A stretch of 27,099 nucleotides of DNA from NCBI RefSeq assembly GCF_004010195.1, contig NC_057759.1:3723044-3750142 (forward strand), in the 5' to 3' direction. Under the pieces are notes generated by a model. It was not told the origin of the DNA, did no database searches, and saw nothing but the letters and a program-made list of their open reading frames with translations. The stretch comes from Chiloscyllium plagiosum (Eukaryota). Every line of letters begins with the position of its first letter. Position 1 is the first letter of the stretch. Position numbers and translations under genes: made by a program. Below are positions 11,201 through 18,709 of this stretch, piece after piece.

Positions 11201-13591
11201 TGATTATTAAGGTGATAAATGTGTAAATGGTTTTAGTGGAGAATTCCTAAACCTCATTCCTGTTCATTGTATGATTATTCACTCTCAGTTAAGTGAGAGT
11301 CTCAACATCAGAAACAAGCATTGAAATAACTTGGTTCCTGTTGTAGTGGATACTGCAGAGGTCAAAAAGCTAAAGAAAATAACACCAGAAATGCAGGAGA
11401 ATCTCAGTCGGTCTGGCAGAATCTGTAGAGAGAGAGTGACAGCATGAATGTTTCTAGTCAAGTAACCCTTCTTGAGTAGTGCTAGCTAAAGGTCTTCCAG
11501 ACAAAACACAAGCCATTTAATTTGGGACACAGTGAATATCTTTTTGGAGACTCACTTCAAGTTAATTCAAGCATAGCATCTTAGAAACAAGCGTTTGAGG
11601 TGATGCCATTGCGTTTGCGTTCACTCCCAATCCCAATCTGTTTAACTCATAAGGCAATCCCTCCATTCCAAGGCAAATCCTGTTCAACAGAATATAAATT
11701 CAAAGATATTATTTGTCATCATTTTAATAGCCTACATGCTTGGTAAGGGTGTTTCTCTCGAATGGCTTGTGAGTGATGTCGACGAAGTGGGTTCTATTCA
11801 CCGGCTTCCTGAGGACTCCATCTCAACATCTCTCTGTTCTGAGCAATGGCCACCTTGAGTTTGAATCACCAGATATCCCTCTCCCACTCCAAGGCAAGGG
11901 TGTGGCGAGAGATTTTAAAATATTTCGACACATTTTATTTTGGGCGCCAGGTTTTAGCACACAAAAACTATTGACAACATAAATCACCAAGTCTCATTGC
12001 TGAAATAGGGAAAAATAAATCTAAATATCTGTGCTTCCTTTATACCAGACGACAACGCCAACTTGATCTATTGCAACTCCATGGTAAGCACACCATTATT
12101 AGTCAAACTCAAAGCATTTTATTTTATTATTTTCTTGTTATACAAAGTCTAATTAGTTTATCCTGTAGACAGAGAGAGTCTTAGGATAAACAATATACTT
12201 GGAGGGTGACGAAGATTAGGACAAGTATGGATTAATTAACAGAGAATGGGAAACGGGGAGGGATGCAGAAAATCAACACAAACAGCGGAACAATGGGCAG
12301 ACGGTGAAGAGAGTGGGACTAAAGTCAATGAAATAATGAGGTAGAGATAAACATAGGAAGCACATTACAAAGTGAAAGAGTCATAGGTTCGTACAGCATG
12401 GAAACAGAGCCTTCATCCCAAATCTTCCATGCCAGCCATGTTTCCTAAACCAAACTCGGTCCAATTTACCGAACTCGGTATTTGTCCCATATCCCTCTAA
12501 ATATTTCCTATTCATGTATCTGCCTAAATGCTTTGTAATTGAATCCACCTCTACCACTTCCTCTGGGAGCACATTCCATACACAAATCATCTTCAGCTCC
12601 ATTTTAAATCTTCCCCCCGACCTTAAACCTATTCCTTCTAGTTTTGGACTCCCTCACTATGAGGAAGAAACCTTGACTATTTTCCGTTTCTATGCCCCTC
12701 ATGACTTTACAAACCTTTATAAGATTACCCTTCAGCCTCCTACGCTCCAGGGAAAAATGTCCAGTTTATCCCGATAAGTCAATCATTAAATCCCAGTAAC
12801 ATTATTGTATTATTTTCTGTACCCTCGTTGGTTTAATAACATCTCTCTTAACGCAGGGCGACCTGAATTGTACGCAGTATTCTAAAAATGGCCTTGAAAT
12901 TGTCTTGTACAGCCGCGACATGACGCCCCAATTCCTGCACGCAATGTGCCAGTCATTGAAGCCAATTGTGGAAACACAACCTTCATCACCCTGTCTGTCT
13001 GTGATAGCACTTACAGGGAACTATACACCTACATTACTAGTGCCTTCTGGTCAACAACACTCCCCAGGACCCCACCATTAACTATGTAAGTCCTACCCTG
13101 GTTTGTCTTACCAAAATACAATACTCTGCATTTATCCAAATTAAACTACACATGTCACTCCTTAGCTCATTGGCCCATCTCATCAAGATCCGATTGTACT
13201 CTTAGATAAACTTCTTCACAGATTCTACTAATTTTGATGACATTCGCAATCTTACTAACCACTGTGATCTCAGCTAAATTGAGAGCCTGCAAAAAAAAGA
13301 GCAGAGTGTGGAGGTAGTGAGAAAGAGATTGACAGGAACCAAAAGGTTGTGATAGATGGACAAATTATATTTAAAAAGCCTTTCTAGAGGAGCAAAATCA
13401 CAAGATATCAATTTATACTTTACAAACACTACTTTCTATGTTGTTCAATGCAGGGCGAGTATTCCAAAGTACACGACAACAATTGTGAGAGCGTTACTTA
13501 TGCTGCGTTGAACATAGAAGTTTCGAATCAAAATACATCTGCCTCTGTCGTCAGGGAAGAGCTGTGCATGTATATGGACGTGAAAACATAA
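1880..13591 (+). CDS. 5'-partial multi-exon gene: type I transmembrane inhibitory Ig-superfamily receptor (LRC/LILR-like C2 Ig domain, TM, ITIM tail); join(1880..2209,3736..3831,10881..10908,11081..11133,12049..12083,13454..13591)
   Basis: Manual splicing: all six exons have canonical AG/GT ends and compatible phases (1-1, 1-1, 1-2, 2-1, 1-0, 0-stop). Product (~226 aa): (D)QLSKPNIKALSDSDANSSRDIVSISCQGDIRPSGGIFSFYNSRRKDFRQEYHVTGLEDTAVITINIHEHSSAGNYSCRYKTEVNGRSILSPFSQSVSVTEKRKDDHTSK-A-AQKRLYMFVGLGCAAVIIVLLVVLCLLIVKK-G-QNKRQNIP-R-TASTAVQITDSKDQDGI-Y-DNANLIYCNSM-GEYSKVHDNNCESVTYAALNIEVSNQNTSASVVREELCMYMDVKT*. No start codon or signal peptide in the window. Confidence 0.88.
2880..3280 (-). mobile_element. 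Old CR1 fragment
   Basis: Minus-strand remnants LFSLEQR..DMIDIHKM (ORF 3022..3294) and ggcagtgagttccagat resemble the CR1 3' region. Confidence 0.55.
3297..3537 (+). repeat. Exact 66-bp direct repeat (3297-3362 and 3472-3537)
   Basis: ctcaggaacagtaagcttttaaatattgattagctatattgcttgtttaagttggaatgtatgtcc occurs twice; the second copy is inside the Penelope-like insertion. Confidence 0.95.
3409..3663 (+). mobile_element. Young, 5'-inverted Penelope-like terminal-repeat insertion with 14-bp target-site duplication
   Basis: TSD attattctcagtgg at 3395-3408 and 3664-3677. Perfect 60-bp inverted repeat 3412-3471 / 3568-3627. gggcttatgcccgaaacg terminal motif is shared with the copies at 15411 and 22531. 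Confidence 0.88.
3736..3831 (+). CDS. Exon: transmembrane helix
   Basis: catag|CT...AAG AAA G|gtaact; 96 nt, phase 1-1. Encodes AQKR-LYMFVGLGCAAVIIVLLVVLCLLIV-KK: 25 uncharged, mostly hydrophobic residues followed by a basic stop-transfer. Confidence 0.92.
3895..4095 (+). mobile_element. Old CR1 3' end
   Basis: CR1-like 3' text ending ..ttcctgtgctgtagacttgtataact. Confidence 0.5.
4150..4945 (+). mobile_element. CR1 LINE 3' fragment
   Basis: aaagtggcatcacaggtagacagagtggtgaa, aggctgaggggtgatctt, aaaagacatttggataggtacatgg and tail gggcctgtatgactct. Confidence 0.85.
4196..4245 (+). repeat. 25-bp tandem duplication inside the CR1 copy
   Basis: gagtgttttgaacagaggtgcctga x2 (4196-4220, 4221-4245). 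Confidence 0.9.
5600..5770 (+). mobile_element. CR1 3' end (second subfamily), decayed
   Basis: gatcagccatgat...gaatggc...ggcttgagggctgaa; same tail type as 24780-24870. Confidence 0.55.
5890..8055 (+). mobile_element. Penelope-like retroelement (RT + GIY-YIG endonuclease), frameshifted
   Basis: ORF 6311..7054 has PLE RT motifs FTMDIQSL, GVAMGTRIGPSY, YIDD. A Cys-rich linker (CHRSNCKTC) precedes GIY-YIG-like CTSKHAIYCFCCSRCILLYI near 7440-7500. A C/T-rich 3' region leads to a terminal ctgatgaagg motif at 8003. Confidence 0.92.
8373..8540 (-). mobile_element. HE1-type SINE 3' half
   Basis: acagtggaaacaggccattgggccc...ataccgacc...gggcaattagcat is the reverse complement of the HE1 3' region. 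Confidence 0.75.
8547..8872 (+). mobile_element. HE1-type SINE, near full length
   Basis: ctcagtg..ctgctgtctcacagc, tgtgtggagtttgcacattctcccc, tttcctcccac..caaagat..ggttagg, ..ttctacactgtaggac. Confidence 0.85.
9690..9775 (-). mobile_element. Penelope-like terminal-repeat remnant (second family)
   Basis: gagagaaacagagttaacatttcaagtcca resembles the reverse complement of the terminus at 15299-15350. Confidence 0.5.
9780..10715 (-). mobile_element. Two adjacent CR1 3' fragments (~9780-9960 and ~10007-10715)
   Basis: Reverse tails cataagaaatgggaacaggagcaggcc and cataggagcagaattaggccattcag; RLYKVLIKPHLENC..LYLRK in ORF 10351..10572. Confidence 0.85.
10881..10908 (+). CDS. Cytoplasmic micro-exon 1 (28 nt; GQNKRQNIPR)
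   Basis: tttcatatctcacag|GT...CCGAG|gtgagg; phase 1-2, bridging the TM exon to the next exon in frame. Confidence 0.8.
11081..11133 (+). CDS. Cytoplasmic micro-exon 2 (53 nt; TASTAVQITDSKDQDGI)
   Basis: gtctttattttacag|G...GGCATTT|gtaagt; phase 2-1. Confidence 0.83.
11380..11478 (-). mobile_element. Penelope-like terminal-repeat remnant
   Basis: agaaatgcaggagaatctcagtcggtctggcagaatctgtagagagag...gtttctagtcaagtaacccttc. Confidence 0.55.
12049..12083 (+). CDS. Cytoplasmic micro-exon 3 (35 nt; YDNANLIYCNSM)
   Basis: cttcctttataccag|AC...TCCATG|gtaagc; phase 1-0. The first Tyr codon is split T|AC across the intron. Confidence 0.83.
12378..13262 (-). mobile_element. CR1 LINE 3' fragment in the last intron
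   Basis: Reverse tail gagtcataggttcgtacagcatggaaacag; VWNVLPEEVVEVDSI..HLGRYM (ORF 12381..12602). Confidence 0.9.
13454..13591 (+). CDS. Terminal coding exon with ITIM (VTYAAL) and distal ITIM/ITSM-like motif (CMYMDV)
   Basis: ttgttcaatgcag|GGC; 45 codons then TAA at 13589-13591. VTYAAL at 13493-13510 matches (I/V/L/S)xYxx(L/V); CMYMDV is at 13565-13582. Confidence 0.88.
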   Translation, partial: GEYSKVHDNNCESVTYAALNIEVSNQNTSASVVREELCMYMDVKT

Positions 13592-13776
13592 CAACGTTTT
13601 CACCGCCCCCCACCCCTTCATCGCCATTGCTTCCTTTGTCTGTCATGTTGTTTACTGAAGCACAACCGGTGAATCAATTCAATACCCCATCCTCCTTTAC
13701 ATCAACTGACGCAGCGAAAATCCGCTCCTGGTTCCCCGAGTTCTCAAAGTCTCTTTGCAACATTTCCTGGATTGAA

Positions 13777-13782
13777 AATAAA
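13777..13782 (+). promoter_or_regulatory. Candidate polyadenylation signal of the receptor gene
   Basis: First AATAAA I see downstream of the stop codon (~185 nt); not verified. Confidence 0.35.
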
Positions 13783-13841
13783 GCAAAACATTCCCCTCCG
13801 CTCCCAGATGAACCAGGCTTGACGACGAGACAGAGAGTAAA

Positions 13842-13885
13842 AGATAGAGATAGAAATAGATAGATAGATAGATAGAGAGAGAGAT
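13842..13885 (+). repeat. (GATA)n/(GA)n microsatellite
   Basis: agatagagatagaaatagatagatagatagatagagagagagat. Confidence 0.9.
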
Positions 13886-14119
13886 CACAAAGATTTTAAT
13901 TTCTGCTTAAGAGTTGCTTCTGAAGGTTTCCATCTCAATAAGCAATGTCTACGCCAAAGGGATCCAATGCTGCGAAGGTTCATGTCCGTCAGAACATTCG
14001 AGAATTATTAGACAGCAGAAAACAATTCAGAACACGTGAAAGCATGCAGATACGCAAGAAAATTACAGCAAAACAAACGCATAACATTCTAAACAATTAT
14101 ATAAAAATAGAAGTAGTTG

Positions 14120-14330
14120 AATGTCAGAAGAACAGGACTAGGCCATTCTGATATTCATTGAGATTGTGGCAAACCTGTAACCTAACTTCATAGACCTGCC
14201 TTTATCCCGTAACTCCTTAATACCTCTGCTTAACAAGAAAACAAAAATCTCTCTCAGATTTATTTCAAATAATTGATCTAAAATAAATGATTTGTGGAAG
14301 ACAGTTCCACAACAATCCTACACTTCGTGT
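14120..14330 (-). mobile_element. Old CR1 3' end, probably continuing at ~14670-14730 after the SINE
   Basis: aggactaggccatt..attcattgagattgtggc..tgtggaagacagttccac. Confidence 0.55.
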
Positions 14331-14334
14331 GATA

Positions 14335-14665
14335 CGTATTTTCATTAGACTATTAATCCAGAGAATCAGATAATGTTCTGTGGAGTGGGTTCAAATCTTG
14401 CTATGGCAGGGGTTAGAAATTTAATGCAATGATAATCTGGAATTAAGAGTTTAATGATGATGATGAAACTAATTCTGATTGTGAGAGAAAAAATCAATCT
14501 GTTTCACGAATCTCCTTGAGGGAAGACACTCTATTGTCCTTACTTTTACAGGCTGCACATGACTCCAGACCAACAGTGATGTTGTTGCCCTCTGGGCAAT
14601 TAGGCACGGGCAATAAATGCCGCCCCAGCCGGCGATACCAGCATGCCATGAACAATTATGTATAA
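14335..14665 (+). mobile_element. tRNA-derived shark SINE (SacSINE1/DeuSINE-like) with LINE-derived tail
   Basis: tagactattaatccagag..gggttcaaatc (B-box-like), tctggaattaagagt, gactccagac, tail gggcaattaggcacgggcaataaatgc. Confidence 0.75.
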
Positions 14666-14899
14666 AAAGGGTTCCCCATCATCTCTCCTGAATACACTGG
14701 TCCTAATGCCTAAACTCTGAGCCCCAGTGTGAGAATCTGTGGTACTGTGAAGATGAAATTCGTGTCAGACAAACAAGATCTCTTTTGTCTGTCTTTATCA
14801 TACACGACACTAAAATAACAAAATTCAGAGAACTGTTGAAAATAAATTATCAAAACTGACAGAGACATTGAATATCAGTCAAGGTCAAAGTAAGTGAGT

Positions 14900-15350
14900 T
14901 CACTTTGGAGAAATTGGATGTAGACTTAAGAAATTGGGCGGGTCTGGTCACATTTGGAGAGATAGGCAAGGAGAGTTAATATTCTACATCCAGTGATCTT
15001 TCCTCAGACCTAGAAACGTTTAGAAAAAGGTAGTAGGTGGTAAAGGAGTGTAAAACATAGAAGGAGATGTTATTTAGGGAAAGAGAATAAGGTAGCCAGA
15101 CAAAGGGTTGGTTAATCGGAAGCTAGGGAAGAAGAGAAGCTGAATAATAAAGATGATGAGGAATTGACAATGGGTTGGCAGTGCTGAAAGTAACGCATGC
15201 AGTTTTTGGAGTGTGGTTAACATTCACTATCAACAACTATGGATGCTTCCTTTGCTTTCCCGTGTTTCTTTCTGGACACTGCCTTCATCTAATCGGTTCT
15301 GAAGAAGGGTCACTGGACTGGAAACGTTATATCGGCTTTCTCTCTCCACA
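14900..15350. mobile_element. Decayed Penelope-like termini in opposite orientations
   Basis: Minus-strand terminus ~14900-15010 followed by GA-rich sequence; plus-strand ttctgaagaagggtcactggactggaaacgtta..ctctctccaca at 15297-15350. Confidence 0.55.
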
Positions 15351-15689
15351 TTCTGGATCAGTGGTGCTGGAGGAGCACAGCAATTCAGGCAGCATCTGAG
15401 GACAGGCAAAATCGACGTTTCGGGCAAAAGCCCTTCATCAGGAATAAAGGCAGAGAGCCTGAAGGGTGGAGAGATAAGCTAGAGGAGGGTGGGGGTGGGG
15501 ATAGAGTAGCATAGAGTACAATAGGTCAGTGGGGAAGGAGATGAAGGTGATAGGTCAGGGAGGAGAGGGGGGAGTGGATAGGTGGAAAAGGAGCTGGGCA
15601 GGTCGGACAAGTCCGGACAGGTCAGGGATCGAGTTGCTGGAGGTTAGAAGCTAGGATGAGGTGGGGGAACGGGAAATGAGGAAACTGTT
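15351..15689 (-). mobile_element. Young Penelope-like element 3' end, running into the gap
   Basis: gtggtgctgg..agcacagcaattcaggcagcatc..atcgacgtttcgggcaaaagcccttcatcagg. The G-rich tract ending aaatgaggaaactg mirrors cagtttcctcattt at 7767-7780 of the long element. Confidence 0.88.
15411..15442 (-). ncRNA. Minimal hammerhead ribozyme motif in the Penelope terminal repeat
   Basis: Minus strand CCUGAUGAA-GGGC-UUUU-GCCC-GAAAC-GUC-GAU: intact CUGAUGA and GAAA boxes, 4-bp stem II, GUC triplet. Minimal hammerheads are an established feature of PLE terminal repeats. Confidence 0.75.
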
Positions 15690-16622
15690 NNNNNNNNNNN
15701 NNNNNNNNNNNNNNNNNNNNNNNNNNNNNNNNNNNNNNNNNNNNNNNNNNNNNNNNNNNNNNNNNNNNNNNNNNNNNNNNNNNNNNNNNNNNNNNNNNNN
15801 NNNNNNNNNNNNNNNNNNNNNNNNNNNNNNNNNNNNNNNNNNNNNNNNNNNNNNNNNNNNNNNNNNNNNNNNNNNNNNNNNNNNNNNNNNNNNNNNNNNN
15901 NNNNNNNNNNNNNNNNNNNNNNNNNNNNNNNNNNNNNNNNNNNNNNNNNNNNNNNNNNNNNNNNNNNNNNNNNNNNNNNNNNNNNNNNNNNNNNNNNNNN
16001 NNNNNNNNNNNNNNNNNNNNNNNNNNNNNNNNNNNNNNNNNNNNNNNNNNNNNNNNNNNNNNNNNNNNNNNNNNNNNNNNNNNNNNNNNNNNNNNNNNNN
16101 NNNNNNNNNNNNNNNNNNNNNNNNNNNNNNNNNNNNNNNNNNNNNNNNNNNNNNNNNNNNNNNNNNNNNNNNNNNNNNNNNNNNNNNNNNNNNNNNNNNN
16201 NNNNNNNNNNNNNNNNNNNNNNNNNNNNNNNNNNNNNNNNNNNNNNNNNNNNNNNNNNNNNNNNNNNNNNNNNNNNNNNNNNNNNNNNNNNNNNNNNNNN
16301 NNNNNNNNNNNNNNNNNNNNNNNNNNNNNNNNNNNNNNNNNNNNNNNNNNNNNNNNNNNNNNNNNNNNNNNNNNNNNNNNNNNNNNNNNNNNNNNNNNNN
16401 NNNNNNNNNNNNNNNNNNNNNNNNNNNNNNNNNNNNNNNNNNNNNNNNNNNNNNNNNNNNNNNNNNNNNNNNNNNNNNNNNNNNNNNNNNNNNNNNNNNN
16501 NNNNNNNNNNNNNNNNNNNNNNNNNNNNNNNNNNNNNNNNNNNNNNNNNNNNNNNNNNNNNNNNNNNNNNNNNNNNNNNNNNNNNNNNNNNNNNNNNNNN
16601 NNNNNNNNNNNNNNNNNNNNNN
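15690..16622. other. Assembly gap (933 N)
   Basis: Run of n; both flanks are young repeats. Confidence 1.
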
Positions 16623-16760
16623 ATTGCCCGTAGTGTTAGGTAAGGGGTAAATGTAGGGGTATGGGTGGGTTGCGCTTCGGCGGGGCGGTGTGGACTTGTT
16701 GGGCCGAAGGGCCTGTTTCCACACTGTAAGTAATCTAATCTAATCTAATCTAATCTAATC
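16623..16760 (+). mobile_element. HE1-type SINE 3' end with (TAATC)n tail
   Basis: ggtgtggacttgttgggccgaagggcctgtttccacactgtaag followed by six TAATC units (16731-16760). Confidence 0.9.
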
Positions 16761-16762
16761 TT

Positions 16763-17082
16763 ATAAGAGGTACAGTTAGTACGTTTGCAGATGTCACCAA
16801 AATTGGAGGTGTAGTGATCAGCGAAGAGGGTTACCTCAGATTACAACAGGATCTTGAACAGATGGGCTCATGGGCTGAGAAGTGGTAGATGGAGTTTAAT
16901 TCAGATAAATGCGAGGTGCTGCATTTTGGGAAAGCAAATCTTAGCCGGACTTATACACTTAATGGTAAGGTCCTAGGGAGTGTTGCTGAACAAAGAGACC
17001 TTGGAATGCAGGTTCATAGCTCCTTGACAGTGGCATCGCAGGTAGATAGGATAGTGAAGAAGGCGTTTGGTATGCTTTCCTT
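16763..17082 (+). mobile_element. CR1 RT-domain fragment
   Basis: FADVTKIGGVV..LQQDL..WAEKW*MEFNSDKCEVLHFG..EQRDLG (ORF 16889..17092). Confidence 0.9.
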
Positions 17083-17590
17083 TAGGGTGTAGTTTGCTCG
17101 CTGAACTGTAGGTTTGATATCCAGACGTTTCATTACTTGGCTAGGTAACATTATCAGTGACGACCTCCAAGTGAAGCGAAGCTGTTGTCTCCTGCTTTCT
17201 ATTTATAACTTTTTCCTGAATGGGGTTTCTCTGGTCTGTGGTGATGTCATTTCCTGTTCGTTTTCTGAGGGGTTGATAGATGGCCTCTAGATCTATGTGT
17301 TTTGTTTATGGCGTTGTGGTTGGAGTGCCAGGCCTCCAGGAATTCTCTGGCATGCCTTTGCTTAGCCTGTTCCAGGATAGATGTGTTGTCCCAGACGAAA
17401 TGGTGGCTTTTTTTCATCCGTGTGTAGGGCTACGAGGGAGAGAGGGTCGTATCTTTTTGTGGATAGCTGGTATTCGTGTATTCTGGTGTCTAACTTTCTT
17501 ACTGTTTGTCCTATGTAGTGTTTGTGGCAGTCCTTGCATGGAATTTTGTAGATGATGTTGGTTTTGTCCATGGGATGTACTGGGTCTAGA
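17083..17590 (-). mobile_element. Penelope/Poseidon-type element 3' end (GIY-YIG endonuclease + terminal repeat)
   Basis: ORF 17362..17571 NIIYKIPCKDCHKHYIGQT..L.TRIHE is a GIY-YIG signature; hammerhead-like terminus at 17122-17158. Confidence 0.88.
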
Positions 17591-17604
17591 TAAGCTGATA
17601 CTAT

Positions 17605-18075
17605 AAAACCATAAGATATAGGAGCGGAATTAGTCTATTCACTCCATCCAAACTGCTACAGCACTCGATCATGGATGATATGTTTCTGAATCCTATTCTC
17701 CCATCTTCTCGCCATAACCCTTTATCCCTTGCTAATCAAGAAACACTTTATTGCTTAAAGCTTTCAAGTCTTACCGTCTTAAAATAACTCAATGACCTGA
17801 CCTCCACAATCTTCTACGGCAATGGGCTCCACAGATTCACGCTGCTCCAGCTGAAAGCATTCCTCCTCATCAAAATGGTCATCTCTTCACTCTGCGGCTG
17901 TGCCCTTTCGTCCTAATTTCTCCTAATTAAGGAAACATCTTCTAAATGTCCACTCTATCCAGACTTCAATACATTGCAAATTTCAATCAGATCACTTCCT
18001 CATCTTCTATACCTCATCGAGCACAGAGTTAGAGCTCTTAAACACTCCTCACCTGACAACCCGATTCTAGGCTCT
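17605..18075 (-). mobile_element. CR1 3' fragment
   Basis: Reverse tail accataagatataggagcggaattag; same subfamily as 10007-10715. Confidence 0.8.
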
Positions 18076-18709
18076 CCTTCGATTCAACTCTGTGAATCTC
18101 CTCCCTCATATATTTGTAGTCACATTTAGTCGATTGGTATACTCACGTCTTTATTTCAGCTTCATCCTTTCAAACTGTATTGGAAATGAGATCATTTTGG
18201 GGTCATTCCCTCTACGGGTTCCTACCCTTTATGTTCTCTGATCCTCCCCTATACTATGTATAGTAATCTTGGAAAGACTTTGAGGCATGGGCTATTATTG
18301 TACTGTTAGATTATTGTTTTTATGATGTCAGTGATTTCACTTTATTGCAGAGAGTAAGGTACGATTCATAAATTGAAGACTGAAACACGCTGAATTGAAA
18401 TAGAACTGATATAATTATTTTGATTTTGCTGTATCATTCAAGAAATGATCAATCTCCAACAGGCTGTGACAGCTTCCTTTTCAGGCCTATAAAAAGCTGC
18501 TGAGTTCCTATAACGGCAGAGGGGAAGAGAATGGGAGAAGGTGGGGCATTGTGTAAACTCAACTGGAAATTATTAATCCCAGTATCAAGGCGATACAATT
18601 TCTACTTCATATCTCTGACGATTACTTACTCGGTCCTCCCATCACTCGCCAGTGATTTGCATCTGTAAAAGTAAAGTGAAATTGATCAAAACTGAGAAGA
18701 GTTGTACAT

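Noticed and set aside
11490..11900. Possible additional old retroelement fragments in the intron
   Set aside because: Resemblance too weak to classify by eye.
15651..16724. Two longest ORFs (357 aa and 329 aa)
   Set aside because: Artefacts of translating the N gap; the flanking residues come from SINE and Penelope sequence.
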